Source: a virus (lineage: Duplodnaviria > Caudoviricetes). From it: a stretch of DNA of 62,424 nt. Positions 45,551 to 57,338 of this stretch are shown piece by piece; the stretch's first letter is position 1; each line of letters starts with the position of its first letter. The notes beneath the pieces are model-generated. The model ran no database searches. It was given only the letters and a program-made list of their open reading frames with translations, and was not told the origin of the DNA. The translations under genes were made by a program, and so were the position numbers. The DNA is taken from IMG/VR virus record IMGVR_UViG_3300011918_000036, positions 1 through 62,424 of that record, one strand, 5' to 3'.

Positions 45551-48500
45551 TTACTTTACTACCTCCATCAGTCGCCCGAAACTATCTACTACGTCATACC
45601 TAACATTTTCAGGAGCGAAGCGACGGTTCATTTCATCGAAGAATTTGCGGGCGCATTTGATCTTGGTTTTCTCAATTTCGCGTAGATCCATCGACGACAT
45701 CGATCCTTTGGTTTCGGCCACGAAGTAAATGTGCTTAACAGAACCTTCTTTGAATGAGATGGCCCAGTCGGGGTTGTAGTCACCAACAGGGGTCGGAATC
45801 AGAAAGCCGCGTGGCAACTTAGCGTACACAACGACTTCATTGCTGGCTTCCAACCCTTCGGCAAATTCGCGCTCGGGCTTCGAACCTGAGTCAGGCAGCA
45901 CGAAATCGTAGATGTGGTGCTTAGGTGTTTTGACCGCGTTACTGAAGTCCTGCTTGGTTTGCCCGGCGGTGAAAATGTCGAGATCGAACTTGTCCTCGAC
46001 TGGATCATAGGCTAGGTGCTCGATGATGACGGTGGCCTTCTGCTCGTTGATTAAGCGAGTCGCCTCCACAATGAAGCTTTCGGGATTGGACTTGAAGTGC
46101 GCGAATACAGCGGCGTTGAGTCCCTTTAGGATATCAGTCACCGTGCGCCGTGTCAGCTGAGTGCCTTCAGCTAGCTTGCCGATCAAATCGTACTTGACCG
46201 ATGAATGAATTGAGACGCGATTGGCTTCTGTTTCAGAGTCCTTCAATTCGAATGCTTTACCACCTTTTATCCCATCGTATGTCACGGCGGCGGCCTGTTC
46301 TCCGTGCTGTATGGTGTACTGCAACGGGGTGACTCGTAGTCCAGTATTTTTATCATTGAGGGCGTTAACCGCCTTCTGCACCAGTTCATCGGAATCGAAG
46401 TCAACGCTGTACGCTGCCTTGTGATTGATTCGATTCCAGAGCTCTTTGAACGCCTGCTTTTCGAAATTGGCGTTTAGCGGGTTCTTTTTGGGTTTACGAT
46501 CGTCGCAAATTTCAGGCAACTGACTTTCGCTGAACACACTGTCTATCAGCTTGAAGACCTGCTCGGCGTGCGGTGTCAGCTCCGGCGGGAGAGCAGCAAG
46601 CGTACCGTCTTTCTTGGCTTCGTGATAGACGCTGGTGATGCGATCTGTCTCGTCGGTGTAGTCGTTCTTGAGCAGGTACTTGTAGATCTGCTTTGCGAGC
46701 TGCGATGTAACTTCGACATCGCCAGACTCTGTCTTCAGCACTTTGCCGGTGAAGTATGACTCGTCCGCCACACGCGGGCGTGCCGATAGCGACTCGCTGA
46801 TGTCCTTCTGCAGCGCCGCGACAAAGTCCTTGTAGCTCTCGCTGGCCACCACGGTCAGAACGTTCACGTCGTGTACCGTGGCTGGGTGATCCATCCGATC
46901 ACCGCTTTGGTTGACACATAGCCGCAAACCGCGCCCTACCTCCTGGCGGCGTGAAATTGTGTTGTCACTGTGCTTGAGCGCACAGATCACGAACACGTTC
47001 GGGTTATCCCAGCCTTCACGCAGTGCGGAGTGTGAAAAGATAAAGCGCACTGGCTCAGCGAAGGAGAGTAGACGCTCTTTGTCTTTCAGGATCAAGTCGT
47101 AAGCATCTACGTCGTCGGACAGCCCCGCGTTTTCGCCACGCGCTGCGACCGTTGGATCGGCCAGTCGTTTACTCTTCTTGTCGATAGAAAAGTAGCCGCT
47201 GTGAGTCTTGTCGGCAGAAATGTCTTTGAGGTACTTGATGTACTCCGTCTCCTCTAGATCCAGCACCTCGTTGAGGTATAGCTGGTACTCCTCCTCGAAG
47301 ATGCGGGCATATTCGCCCTTCTCGTCTGGGGCGGAGTAATCCCGATACTTGGCTACTTCGTCGATGAAGTAGAGTGTGAGCACCTTCACTCCTTGCTGGT
47401 ACAGCGCCTGTTCTTTGTCGAAATGAGCCTTGATGGCCTCGCGGATCTGGATACGGCGCAAAGCAGCCTCAGTTACATCACCGGTCGCATCCCCGACTGT
47501 GAGTTCAACCCCGTTGGTGAAGCTCAATGTGTCGGAATTTGCATTGATATCAGCGACGACAAAACCGTCTCGGTACTGATTGAGTCCGTTCGACAGATCG
47601 AACAGGTTGTCGCCCTTGGAGAGTTTTCTTAGGACGCGCTTGATGTCGCCGCCGACCAGCTTTTGTTCAAACTCAACACGCGCTTCAGGAGGCTTCTTGC
47701 TCGATATCTCGATGGACTGCAGGTACAGATAGCCCGCCGTGCCCGCTAGCCCTTTCACCGCGATGCCGCGTACCGCTATTTTCTTAACCAGTTTCTGGTT
47801 ATAGGCGTCTAGCGCATCGAGGCGGTGGATTTTGTTATGTATGGTCTTGTGGGTAGCCGAATACCGCAACACCATCAGCGCTTTGAACTCCTCCAGTGAC
47901 TTCAGCGTCGCCGAACCCTCCATCTTCTGCGGCTCATCCAAAATCAAAATGGGGCGATTGGCGCTGATCACATCTATCGGCTTTCGCGACTGAAAGTCAT
48001 CCAGTACGTCATAAATCCGGCGGTTATCGGCTCCCCGTGCAGCGAAGGCTTGCACGTTGATCACCATCACGTTAATCCCCGCGTCCGACGAAAAACTCTC
48101 CAGGTGGTGCAGTTGCTTCGAGTTGTAGATGAAGAAGCGCGCCTTCTTCTGATACGCCTCAAGGAAGTGCTCGGAGGTGATCTGTAGCGACTTGGCCACA
48201 CCTTCACGGATGGCGATACTCGGCACCACTATTATGAACTTGCTCCATCCGTACTGCTTGTTCAGTTCAAAGATGGTTTTGATGTAACAGTAGGTCTTGC
48301 CAGTGCCAGTCTCCATCTCAATGTCGAGGTTAACTTTGGCCACTTTAGTCTTGGCTATTGCGTCCGACACTGGCAGATTCTGACCTTGCTGCACAGTTCG
48401 AATGTTGTCGAGCAGCGTTGCGTCCGGTAACGTGAAGTCTGCGTTACGGAACGCAGCCTCCTTTTCTGCGGTGGCTTCCAGCGCGAGTGCCGTTTGCGGG

Positions 48501-48640
48501 CTCGCTTGGGCGGTTTTCTGGTTGCCAGGATCGAGCCGATAGCGAATTCCACCGTGATGCGGAGCCTGCCCTTTGAAGCAGTCAACTACTGCTTGCACAG
48601 CTGCAGTCTGGTAGGCCTGCGTCTTGAATTTCAGCTTCAT
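45551..48640 (-). CDS. res: Type III restriction endonuclease Res subunit
   Basis: [36 protein letters not shown]. Confidence 0.93.
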   Translation of the reverse strand: MKLKFKTQAYQTAAVQAVVDCFKGQAPHHGGIRYRLDPGNQKTAQASPQTALALEATAEKEAAFRNADFTLPDATLLDNIRTVQQGQNLPVSDAIAKTKVAKVNLDIEMETGTGKTYCYIKTIFELNKQYGWSKFIIVVPSIAIREGVAKSLQITSEHFLEAYQKKARFFIYNSKQLHHLESFSSDAGINVMVINVQAFAARGADNRRIYDVLDDFQSRKPIDVISANRPILILDEPQKMEGSATLKSLEEFKALMVLRYSATHKTIHNKIHRLDALDAYNQKLVKKIAVRGIAVKGLAGTAGYLYLQSIEISSKKPPEARVEFEQKLVGGDIKRVLRKLSKGDNLFDLSNGLNQYRDGFVVADINANSDTLSFTNGVELTVGDATGDVTEAALRRIQIREAIKAHFDKEQALYQQGVKVLTLYFIDEVAKYRDYSAPDEKGEYARIFEEEYQLYLNEVLDLEETEYIKYLKDISADKTHSGYFSIDKKSKRLADPTVAARGENAGLSDDVDAYDLILKDKERLLSFAEPVRFIFSHSALREGWDNPNVFVICALKHSDNTISRRQEVGRGLRLCVNQSGDRMDHPATVHDVNVLTVVASESYKDFVAALQKDISESLSARPRVADESYFTGKVLKTESGDVEVTSQLAKQIYKYLLKNDYTDETDRITSVYHEAKKDGTLAALPPELTPHAEQVFKLIDSVFSESQLPEICDDRKPKKNPLNANFEKQAFKELWNRINHKAAYSVDFDSDELVQKAVNALNDKNTGLRVTPLQYTIQHGEQAAAVTYDGIKGGKAFELKDSETEANRVSIHSSVKYDLIGKLAEGTQLTRRTVTDILKGLNAAVFAHFKSNPESFIVEATRLINEQKATVIIEHLAYDPVEDKFDLDIFTAGQTKQDFSNAVKTPKHHIYDFVLPDSGSKPEREFAEGLEASNEVVVYAKLPRGFLIPTPVGDYNPDWAISFKEGSVKHIYFVAETKGSMSSMDLREIEKTKIKCARKFFDEMNRRFAPENVRYDVVDSFGRLMEVVK

Positions 48641-48650
48641 CGTAGCCTCC

Positions 48651-50687
48651 TTAGATGCACTTCACTTCGGTGGCAGGCGACGAGAGCTTGAAGATTTGCT
48701 CCACGTTGATCTTTACCGCGCTGTCTTTGAAACCTGCATCTCGAAACACCACGCGCAGCGGTTGGTGCTTGGTTAGTTCCTTCACGAAAGCTTCGTCGAT
48801 GCCTCCGTGCGCGTCAAAGCAGGCTGCTAGTGCGTTGTCATCGACAAAGAACACATCCTTGCCTTGAATAGACTTCTTAGTAATCGGGAGCGCAAGATCA
48901 ACGCCCCAGTCCAGCATTACTTGGAACAGCAAGTCTTCTGCTGTCCGGTCAGGCTTAATGTTGTCAACAAATAAGTCAAGATTCGCCTTTTCTAGCGCAT
49001 CGGGTGCGTAGTAGACGTCCGCCATATTGGATGTATCAACTTTCAGTAGGCGGAATCCCAAGTCAAGATCCGTACCTCTTGTAGACAAGATTTCGGAGAA
49101 ATCTTCTCGAATTTTTTGTGCGGCTCTGCGGATGCGATTTTTCCCGATTTCGGAAACTACAGAGTACCCAAGCTTCTTGGCATCGGACTTCTCGTCACAC
49201 TCCTCAGGCAATTGAACCATTATGAATCGGCGATTTTCGCCATCTTCTGCATTCAGCAGCATAAGCGCATGCGCCGCCGTACATGAGCCAGCGAAGAAGT
49301 CAATCAATATATCGTCATTTTTACAAACTGATTGAATTAATTTCTTGGCCACTTGAACCGGTTTTGGTGTGTCAAAAGGAATATTAAGTTCGGAAAGTAG
49401 GGCGTCGTCACTACCGCCGTAATAAAGCAGCGAAGGGATGTTTTCGAATAAATTATCTTTTAACCGATACTTTCTTGTTGGCTGCGTTTTTTCGTCCGAG
49501 CCAAAAATAATCATTCCAGACTTCAGGAGTTCTTGCATTGTTGCTGGAGGGTTGCGCCAGCCCCGTTCGGGAACAGGACATTCCTTTCCTGTTTTGGGAT
49601 GAATTAGCGGAATAAAGTAATCTTCCGGAGCTTTTTTCTTATTTGGCCATGCCATAGAAACCGGACGAAATACATCGCCGTTATCGTCAATTTGGTTGTA
49701 TGCTTTTTCGCCACCAGTAAGGTCTTGCTGGTTTATCCAGTCTTTGTATTCCTTTCTTGCCTTATCAGTGACTCCTCCTTCTTTTCCAATAATCTGTTTT
49801 GCCTTTGCCAGCATCCTTCCCGCATTTTCCTTCGGTCGTTGAAATTCGCAGGTTTCCTTGAAATACTCCCGATCTTTGCAGTAGATGCAAATTAGTTCGT
49901 GCTGTTGAGCAACTCCTGTTGCATCGCCTTTGGGATTTCTTTTATCCCACACAATCGTACCGAGATTATTTTTTTCACCGTATATTTCGGCAAGAAGTTT
50001 CTCCATATTCGGATATTCGTTTTCGTCGATATGAATTACGATGAGTCCATCGCTTCGCAGCAAATTGCGAGACAACTTTAGTCTGGAATACATCATGGAC
50101 AGCCAGTCCGAATGAAAGCGTCCGTTTGTTTCGGGATTCGCTGTCAGCCGATTTCCTTTGCTATCGACTTGATTTGATCGGAGAAAGAACTCAGAGATTT
50201 CATCCGCAAAATCATCGGAATAAACAAAATCGTTGCCGGTGTTGTATGGCGGGTCGATGTAGACCATTTTGATTTTCCCGAGATAAGCTTCTTGAAGTAA
50301 CTTCAACGCGTCGAGATTGTCTCCCTCGATAAAAAGATTCTTGGTGGCGTCGAAATTGACACTCTCCTCAGTTTGCTCGCCTTTTGAGCCTTTTGAGCCT
50401 TTTGAGCCTTTTAACGTACGTACTGGACGGAGCGTTTTTGCAATCGGTGCATTGGCCGTAAGCAGTGCCTCGCGCTTACCCGGCCAATTAAGGTGGTAGC
50501 GCTCCTGGGGTCCCTCAACAATCGAATCAGCCAGTTCCTGACGAAGTTGATCAAAATCCACAGCCAGTTTTATATTGCCGTCTTCACCCTCGGTTTCAGT
50601 CACGCAGCCTGGAAACAATTCGTGAATGCGGGCAATGTTGTCCTGCGTGAGATTGGGTGAATGCATTTTTAGTTTGTCCATGTTCAT
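48651..50687 (-). CDS. mod: Type III methyltransferase Mod subunit
   Basis: IYID-type [35 protein letters not shown]. Confidence 0.93.
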   Translation of the reverse strand: MNMDKLKMHSPNLTQDNIARIHELFPGCVTETEGEDGNIKLAVDFDQLRQELADSIVEGPQERYHLNWPGKREALLTANAPIAKTLRPVRTLKGSKGSKGSKGEQTEESVNFDATKNLFIEGDNLDALKLLQEAYLGKIKMVYIDPPYNTGNDFVYSDDFADEISEFFLRSNQVDSKGNRLTANPETNGRFHSDWLSMMYSRLKLSRNLLRSDGLIVIHIDENEYPNMEKLLAEIYGEKNNLGTIVWDKRNPKGDATGVAQQHELICIYCKDREYFKETCEFQRPKENAGRMLAKAKQIIGKEGGVTDKARKEYKDWINQQDLTGGEKAYNQIDDNGDVFRPVSMAWPNKKKAPEDYFIPLIHPKTGKECPVPERGWRNPPATMQELLKSGMIIFGSDEKTQPTRKYRLKDNLFENIPSLLYYGGSDDALLSELNIPFDTPKPVQVAKKLIQSVCKNDDILIDFFAGSCTAAHALMLLNAEDGENRRFIMVQLPEECDEKSDAKKLGYSVVSEIGKNRIRRAAQKIREDFSEILSTRGTDLDLGFRLLKVDTSNMADVYYAPDALEKANLDLFVDNIKPDRTAEDLLFQVMLDWGVDLALPITKKSIQGKDVFFVDDNALAACFDAHGGIDEAFVKELTKHQPLRVVFRDAGFKDSAVKINVEQIFKLSSPATEVKCI
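50379..50412. repeat. 9-bp tandem repeat (GCCTTTTGA)x3.8 within mod
   Basis: Encodes [11 protein letters not shown]. Confidence 0.9.
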
Positions 50688-50720
50688 TCCTTCAGCCGCT
50701 GTACTACCGATATTGGGGGG

Positions 50721-51422
50721 TCAGCGGCTCAATTGTTCAAGTTCAGATTTCAGTTGCCGTAAGGTCGCGTTGATCTCGACCTTACGATTGAATTGCTTTT
50801 CCTTTGCTAGCCTTGTTTGGGTCTTCTCGACGTCGCGCCGCATGCTAGTCGCCAGTTCGACACGCGCAATCAAGTCCGGCAAGGTTTCCTTCGGGCGCGC
50901 TGACATCGGCAACAGGTTTTGCAGCAGGGCCGCGTACAGCTGGGCCATGTCGAGAGCTAAAGGCATAGCGGTGCGAGTTGTGGCTGCAGGCATCCAGTTA
51001 GAGGTGAAATAGCTTGACAGTACCCAGCGATTGGCATCGGCTTCTCTTGGACGCTTATAAGTCGCAGCCACCTGAGTTTTCGCCTGATCGCCGTGACCTT
51101 GGTTCAGTTCAAACAGGATCGGGAACTGCACCGCGTCATCAATGCAGCGCAATATTTCTTCATGTAGTTCGGTGGATTTGAGCTGGATGCTAAAAATCTG
51201 AATCTCCGGCACGCCGGGTCGCGCAAGCAAGTTGATCGTTTCTGGAGCAAGCTTGTATTGCCAGACGATCTGCTCAACTTGTTCGACGAACAAATCCTTT
51301 AGCCGGGTATTGGCCCCGCTGTGCTCGTAGATTTTGTTCTTGGGCAAAATGCGCCCGAAGGCTGCCTGTTTGGGATAGGCGAACAGTGTCGGTTGATGTT
51401 GTGTGATTGCGTTTTGACTCAT
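50721..51422 (-). CDS. DUF4391 protein
   Basis: FGRILPKNKIY, YKLAPETINL, KEKQFNRKVEIN. Confidence 0.85.
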   Translation of the reverse strand: MSQNAITQHQPTLFAYPKQAAFGRILPKNKIYEHSGANTRLKDLFVEQVEQIVWQYKLAPETINLLARPGVPEIQIFSIQLKSTELHEEILRCIDDAVQFPILFELNQGHGDQAKTQVAATYKRPREADANRWVLSSYFTSNWMPAATTRTAMPLALDMAQLYAALLQNLLPMSARPKETLPDLIARVELATSMRRDVEKTQTRLAKEKQFNRKVEINATLRQLKSELEQLSR

Positions 51423-54400
51423 CCAGCCTCCTGAATCACGAGAAAGCTGATGAGCTCGAAATCATTTAGCCCTGAGATAGTGTCGGTCAGTGCCGTGGTC
51501 TTGCCAGAGGAAAATAGGCTGTCTAAATCTTTTTCGTCCTTCACTTCAATCATCGAACGAATTGATTTCCCCAGCAGATCTGAGTACATCTGCATCCTGC
51601 GGCCATCACCCGTTTCCTGATTGAAGAGCTGGCACACATCGGCATTTGGTATGTCCTGGCCTTTGCAGCATGTGCGCACCAGGTCAAGCAGGTGCTTGAC
51701 CTCGGTGTGGTCGTGGATGACGTTGCCCTCGCGGCTGATGTAGACGAGGTAGAACGGGTGTAGGCGGTTGTGCTGGTTTAGGCTGATCCCTGCATTGCGA
51801 TTGCGCAGCGTGAAGATGGCACCTGGCAGCAGCCCCATCTCAGGTCTGGCGGAAACAACGGCGTGCATGCCGTTAGGAACATTGCTTACTTCTCCGTGAG
51901 CTTTGACGTAGTTGAGCAAGTCCATACGAAAGTCATTCAAGCCCAAGTCAGTGATCGAGACCCCAGTCTTCAAATCCTCTAACTCGATGACTTCTTCCTG
52001 CAGACGACGCAGTTGTTCTTTGCGGTACGACACGTCATTCGCTTGCGCAGACAATACGTTGTCGTCTCCAGTTGCCGTGACGTCGGCGATCATCATCCGA
52101 CTCTCGACGCGTTCCTTGAGATTGATGTACTCGTCAAGCGAAATATCGGGCCAATAGTTGACAAGCTGAATGCTGCTGTTGGGCGAGCCGATGCGATCCA
52201 CCCGACCAAAGCGCTGGATGATGCGTACCGGATTCCAGTGGATGTCGTAGTTAATCAGATAATCGCAGTCCTGCAGGTTTTGGCCTTCGGAGATGCAGTC
52301 GGTGCCTATCAGTAGATCCACCTCGTGCGGCTCGTCAGGCAGTATCACAGCCTTCTCTTTAGAGCGGGGGGAGAACAGTGTGAGTAGTTCTTGGAAGTCG
52401 TAGTTTCGCTTCTGTTTTTTGTTCTTGATGGTTGACTGCGGCGCTCCCTTGCCAGTGACCTTTGCGCTGTGGATGGCGAGTTTGGCTAGTAACTCCGGCG
52501 CAAGGTTTGCGTATAGGTAATCTGCGGTGTCCGCAAATGCAGTGAAGATCAGCACCTTTCTGTTGCCAGGGTTGATCGGTTTCTCAATCTTTTCGAGCAG
52601 TTGCGCTTTGAGGTGTTGCAGCTTTGCGTCATCCTGCGGCGTGATCTTGTTCATTGAAGCCAACAGAGCATCGATGACTTGTAAGTCCACCTTGAGTTCA
52701 TGCTCCCAGGACGGCAAGTCCATGTCGGCGAGGCTGATTTTGATCTTGTTGCCAATCTCGCCGCTCTCGTCGCTGCGCATCGAGAGATCATCATCCTCGG
52801 CATCCAGCCCCTCCAGCACTTCGGTGAGATCGTCTACCGTGGATATGTCGCCTGATTGATTGAACGCGGCAATCTTTGCAAGTGTGGATTCGTTGTTGGC
52901 GCGCAGCGATTGCAGCGTGAGCCGGAACGACTGTACCGAGCTTTCAAGGCGCTTGAGCAGGTTAACCGTCATCAGGGCCTGCAAGCTTTTTTCGCGGTCG
53001 GCTTGGCGTAGGGTTCCTTTCCCACCAACCTTGGTGTCGTAAATTTCCTCGTACTTCTTAAGACGACTGGGCAGTATGTAGCTGATGGGCGCATATACAG
53101 CCAGCTTGAGCATGGAGAGCTGCTCGAAGATTTCGTTGAAGCCCAGTACGTCCGACCGCTCAGTTAGCGGACAGTGGAACGACAGCGGCTTTCGGCGCTC
53201 TGGAAATTGGCCTATGTCTTTGGTGTCATAGAAGGTCTGGATGTGCTTACGAGAACGTGCGATGGTGACGCTGTCAAGCAGTTCGAAGAAGTCGAAGTCT
53301 AGCGAGTCAAGGATTGCTCGCGCGGTACGTTCTTCTGGGGGTAGCTTCGACCAGGCATTGAAGGCTGCTTGTGCGCCCCGAAAAATCTCTTCAACGCTCC
53401 TGTCTGTGCGCAGCTTCTTTGTGAGGTTTTCGGAGTCGCCCTCATAGGCCAGGGCAAGCTGGTTACGCAAATCAGTAAAGCGGTTGTTGACTGGGGTGGC
53501 CGACAACATCAGAACCTTAGTCTTGACGCCTTCCTGGATCACCTTGCGCATTAGCTTTTGGTAACGCGTTTCCTTGTCCTTGTAGGCATCGTTGTTGCGG
53601 AAGTTGTGCGACTCGTCTATGACTACCAGGTCGTAGTTGCCCCAGTTGATCCGGTTAAGCGGTGTACCGAAGGACTCGCCACTGGTGCGGGAGAGATCTG
53701 TGTGGCAAAGGACGTCGTAGTTGAACCGGTCGCGGGCGAAGATATTAGTCTTGAGGTTGCGGTTGTAATTGAGCCAGTTGTCCGCCAGTTTCTTGGGGCA
53801 GAGTACAAGCACCGAGCGGTTGCGCAATTCGTAATACTTGACGACGGCAAGTGCTGTAAAGGTTTTGCCCAAGCCGACACTGTCCGCAAGGATGCAACCA
53901 CTGTAGGTTTCCAGCTTGTTGATGATCCCGGTGGCGGCATCTTTTTGGTAATTGAAGAGCTTGTTCCAGATCAGAGTGTCCTGGTAACCGGTGCGGTCGT
54001 TGGGTAGGACGTCTTCGTTGATGTCGTCGAGAAACTCGTTGAAGATGTTGTAGAGCATTAAGAAGTAGATGCTCTCGGGGGAGTTTTCCTGGTAGACCGA
54101 GGTGATGTGTTCGCAAATCTGCTCCGTTACATCCTCCAGCTTCTCCGAGTCGTTCCAGATCTGATTGAACAGGCTCAGGTAGGTGGCCGCAAAGGGAGCC
54201 TCATCCATTTTGTTGACGAGGTTGGAGACTGCATTGCCTTGTTGGTATCCGAGATCGACAGCGGTGAACCCGTGCAGAGGCATGTAAGCGGTGTCGGTTC
54301 CGTTTGCTTGGACGCAGGCGAACTGCTGCATCGGCGCTTTGGTGCGATTGCTTCGGAACTTGGCCTTTCTGCGTATCCAGTCGGCACACTCTTTGGCCAC

Positions 54401-54709
54401 TGCCCGCTGGGTGAGCTTGTTGCGAAGCTGGATTTCAAATTCACTGCCGTAGAGACTTCGCTCGCGATCCAGCTTAGGTATGTGGAATTCCTTACGTTCC
54501 TTACGTATCTTGTCAGTGACTTCGTTGGCGACAAAGGTGGGTGAGGTAAATACGAAGTTCAGTTCGTCGATTTTCTCCAGCTCGGTTTTTAACGCCTCAA
54601 AGGCGTACATCGAAAAGCACGAAGCTGCGACCTTCAAGCGCGCACCTGGTGTGAGGGTTTGCTTGAGATCGTCACCTAGCAAACGGCTGATGTTGTCGAG
54701 TAGTTCCAT
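51419..54709 (-). CDS. SNF2-family helicase
   Basis: ADSVGLGKT, DESHNFRN, LSATP, SEGQNLQ, QRFGRVDRIGS. Confidence 0.92.
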   Translation of the reverse strand: MELLDNISRLLGDDLKQTLTPGARLKVAASCFSMYAFEALKTELEKIDELNFVFTSPTFVANEVTDKIRKERKEFHIPKLDRERSLYGSEFEIQLRNKLTQRAVAKECADWIRRKAKFRSNRTKAPMQQFACVQANGTDTAYMPLHGFTAVDLGYQQGNAVSNLVNKMDEAPFAATYLSLFNQIWNDSEKLEDVTEQICEHITSVYQENSPESIYFLMLYNIFNEFLDDINEDVLPNDRTGYQDTLIWNKLFNYQKDAATGIINKLETYSGCILADSVGLGKTFTALAVVKYYELRNRSVLVLCPKKLADNWLNYNRNLKTNIFARDRFNYDVLCHTDLSRTSGESFGTPLNRINWGNYDLVVIDESHNFRNNDAYKDKETRYQKLMRKVIQEGVKTKVLMLSATPVNNRFTDLRNQLALAYEGDSENLTKKLRTDRSVEEIFRGAQAAFNAWSKLPPEERTARAILDSLDFDFFELLDSVTIARSRKHIQTFYDTKDIGQFPERRKPLSFHCPLTERSDVLGFNEIFEQLSMLKLAVYAPISYILPSRLKKYEEIYDTKVGGKGTLRQADREKSLQALMTVNLLKRLESSVQSFRLTLQSLRANNESTLAKIAAFNQSGDISTVDDLTEVLEGLDAEDDDLSMRSDESGEIGNKIKISLADMDLPSWEHELKVDLQVIDALLASMNKITPQDDAKLQHLKAQLLEKIEKPINPGNRKVLIFTAFADTADYLYANLAPELLAKLAIHSAKVTGKGAPQSTIKNKKQKRNYDFQELLTLFSPRSKEKAVILPDEPHEVDLLIGTDCISEGQNLQDCDYLINYDIHWNPVRIIQRFGRVDRIGSPNSSIQLVNYWPDISLDEYINLKERVESRMMIADVTATGDDNVLSAQANDVSYRKEQLRRLQEEVIELEDLKTGVSITDLGLNDFRMDLLNYVKAHGEVSNVPNGMHAVVSARPEMGLLPGAIFTLRNRNAGISLNQHNRLHPFYLVYISREGNVIHDHTEVKHLLDLVRTCCKGQDIPNADVCQLFNQETGDGRRMQMYSDLLGKSIRSMIEVKDEKDLDSLFSSGKTTALTDTISGLNDFELISFLVIQEAG

Positions 54710-54912
54710 CAGTCACTTGCCCTTGCATCTTTGTTTGTTAGATTGGCAGCAATCCACTCGTCCAGATCGCTTCGGCGGAAACGCCATGTGCCGCCTAGCT
54801 TGAAAGCCGGTAGCTTGCCTTCGGCTGCAAGGCGATAGACGGTGCGCTTGCCCGCCTTCAAGTAGACGGCCACCTCGTCCAAGGTCAAGATTTCAATATC
54901 AGAGTCCGCCAT
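54709..54912 (-). CDS. Excisionase-like HTH (HTH_17) protein
   Basis: LTLDEVAVYLKAGKRTVYRLAAEGKLPAFKLGGTWRF. Confidence 0.88.
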   Translation of the reverse strand: MADSDIEILTLDEVAVYLKAGKRTVYRLAAEGKLPAFKLGGTWRFRRSDLDEWIAANLTNKDARASD

Positions 54913-55054
54913 CTTTTGCCGATTATGTAAGGTGATTGCCAAGACTTGCCAATACTACCGTATCGGAGTGAGAATTGGTACAAATATTTCCATTAGGGTC
55001 GAAATACTTCCGATTTTTCCACCTCGAATGAGGTAGAATTACCGGAAGTAACCT

Positions 55055-55717
55055 ATGGAGGTGTTTCATATGCGGCAAGTAGTTCACCATGAAGTTGTAA
55101 GTGTCCAGTCTCGCTTGGCTGAGTTGGGGTTGGATGAAGCTGATTTGCGTGATGCGGTCATGCAAGGCATGCTCGCTCGAAGCGAATGCACACCCAATGA
55201 TCCACCCCTAACGCCGGGATTCAACTCATGGTCACGAACAGTTAGAGCCTTGCGTGAAAAGTTGATCCCCAAACACTGGACGCGTTCAGATGAAGGCAAC
55301 TATCCATTGGTAGTTAATCCCGCAGGGAACTTGGCAATTGCAGTGGCAACTGGAGATGATTGCACTGCCATTGCAACCTCGAACCCAATGACTAAGTCTC
55401 CTAAGGGACCGCGAACACAAAGCGCGATTGAAGTAAATCAGTATCAGAGCTCTTTGTTTGAAGGGTTCCCAGATTTTGAAGTGCCTGCGACTCCTCACAA
55501 TGATCGAGTCACCTGGATCTTGTTGCAGCACTATGACCAACGAAAGAAAGAAGTCCGTTTTGAGTTGTCGCGTCCGTCTAGTTACGCTGGAAAAATTGAC
55601 GGTTGGAGTGAGCGAATTATTTTGAATGGCTTGCCGTTTGACCCGGCCTTGGTGATCCCTGTCCCAATAGTTCCAAATCTGCCGGATATCGATATTCCAT
55701 TGATTCGACGTGCTTAA
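55055..55717 (+). CDS. Hypothetical protein upstream of HTH-ImmA
   Basis: ~215-220 aa ORF (alternative start 55070 after GGAGG). Confidence 0.7.
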   Translation: MEVFHMRQVVHHEVVSVQSRLAELGLDEADLRDAVMQGMLARSECTPNDPPLTPGFNSWSRTVRALREKLIPKHWTRSDEGNYPLVVNPAGNLAIAVATGDDCTAIATSNPMTKSPKGPRTQSAIEVNQYQSSLFEGFPDFEVPATPHNDRVTWILLQHYDQRKKEVRFELSRPSSYAGKIDGWSERIILNGLPFDPALVIPVPIVPNLPDIDIPLIRRA

Positions 55718-55728
55718 CGGATAGGGCT

Positions 55729-56823
55729 ATGTTCAATCCAACGCGTTTAACTTTCGCCAGAAAGCGGCGAGGGTTCACCATGACACGACTGGCTGATGAG
55801 GTCGGCGTAGAGATGCGATCGATCTCTGGTTTTGAAAAACTGGAGTACAAACCTTCAGAGGACACTGTCCAGCGTATTGCAAAAGCATTGCGTTTTCCTC
55901 TGGAGTTTTTCTATCAAGAAGAAGAACTGCAAACCATTGATAGTGGTGCTGCGAGTTTCCGTTCGCTCTCAAAAATGTCTGCAGCGCAGCGCGATATGGC
56001 CTTGTATTCAGGTGCGTTAACAATCACGCTGAATCAAGCAATTGAAAGACGATTCGAGCTCCCTGTTTCAAACTTGCCGGATCTGAGAGATTCCGACCCC
56101 GAGGCGGCGGCTGCAAGTCTGCGCCGCCACTGGGGCATCGGGGAATTGCCCATTAAGAACATGATTCATTTGCTTGAAGCAAATGGTGTTCGTGTTTTTT
56201 CGTTGGCAATCGATGCAGCTGAGGTTGACGCATTTTCAATGTGGCGTGAACAAAAGCCATTTGTTTTTTTAAACACACTTAAAAATACTGAGCGCAGCCG
56301 ATTTGATGCTGCGCATGAACTTGGCCATCTCGTGATGCATCGCCACGGCTCTCCGAATGGAGGGCAAGAAATCGAAAGAGCTGCAAATGATTTTGCAGCA
56401 GCTTTCCTGATGCCATCCGGAAGTGTCCTAGGCTATGCGCCAAAATTCATATCGATCGATGTGCTGCTCCAACTCAAAAAGATATGGGGAGTGTCGATTT
56501 CGGCACTGACCTATCGAATGCACAAACTCGGGCTATTGACGGAATGGCAGTACCGCGAGCTTTTTGTGCAAATTAGTCGACGAGGCTACCGTAAGTCTGA
56601 GCCCGAGAGTTTGCCGCGTGAAACATCGCAGATCCTGGGAAAAGTCTTTACGGCATTACGAAAAGAAGGTGTTGCGAAATCCGATATTGCAGCCGAGTTG
56701 CATGTGGCTGATGAAGAGCTTGATGAAATGGTCTTTGGTCTTGTTTTGAACGCAGTGAAAAAAGGTGCGGGCCAAGAAACAAAGCCAGCGCGAGCCAAGC
56801 CTGATCTACATCTTGTGAGCTGA
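55729..56823 (+). CDS. XRE HTH-ImmA/IrrE metallopeptidase fusion
   Basis: N-terminal HTH; RSRFDAAHELGHLVMH, ERAANDFAAAFLMP. Confidence 0.92.
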   Translation: MFNPTRLTFARKRRGFTMTRLADEVGVEMRSISGFEKLEYKPSEDTVQRIAKALRFPLEFFYQEEELQTIDSGAASFRSLSKMSAAQRDMALYSGALTITLNQAIERRFELPVSNLPDLRDSDPEAAAASLRRHWGIGELPIKNMIHLLEANGVRVFSLAIDAAEVDAFSMWREQKPFVFLNTLKNTERSRFDAAHELGHLVMHRHGSPNGGQEIERAANDFAAAFLMPSGSVLGYAPKFISIDVLLQLKKIWGVSISALTYRMHKLGLLTEWQYRELFVQISRRGYRKSEPESLPRETSQILGKVFTALRKEGVAKSDIAAELHVADEELDEMVFGLVLNAVKKGAGQETKPARAKPDLHLVS

Positions 56824-56862
56824 TTAAGCGGGAAGCAACATGCTCACAAAGGTCCATACTCC

Positions 56863-57318
56863 GTGAGTAAAGATCTGGGTGATCAGGACCTTAAAGTACT
56901 CTGGAGGCAGGGGCGGGTCCCAACCATCTTTAAGCCCAACAAGCCTTTGCCCGTGTTGGTCAAACTTCCATTTGCTGAAGGAAATCTGGAGTGGCTCCGA
57001 GATGGACGTAAGTCAAAGCCAAAGTGGAACTCTAGGTACAAGGCTTGGGAAATTCCAACTGCATGGTTTGACAGTGTGATCAAGTTAGCCTTGCGAAGGT
57101 TCAACGAGACTTACGTAATTCAGCTGTATAAAGAACAACAAAAATGTGCTCCAGCCTGTTGGAACGCGCAAGGGTTTCACTGCGAATGTTCGTGCATGGG
57201 CGAAAATCATGGCGGTGGTGATCCTGGTGGTAATTGGTACGAAGTGTCCGAGACTTACGCCGTGTCCTGGGGTGTGCAGCGGTATTCATGTCGCCACCTT
57301 CGGAAAAAGCTGAATTAG
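56863..57318 (+). CDS. Hypothetical Cys-cluster protein
   Basis: CAPACWNAQGFHCECSCMGENHG. Confidence 0.7.
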   Translation: MSKDLGDQDLKVLWRQGRVPTIFKPNKPLPVLVKLPFAEGNLEWLRDGRKSKPKWNSRYKAWEIPTAWFDSVIKLALRRFNETYVIQLYKEQQKCAPACWNAQGFHCECSCMGENHGGGDPGGNWYEVSETYAVSWGVQRYSCRHLRKKLN

Positions 57319-57338
57319 CCTGTTTGAAGAGGAATCGC

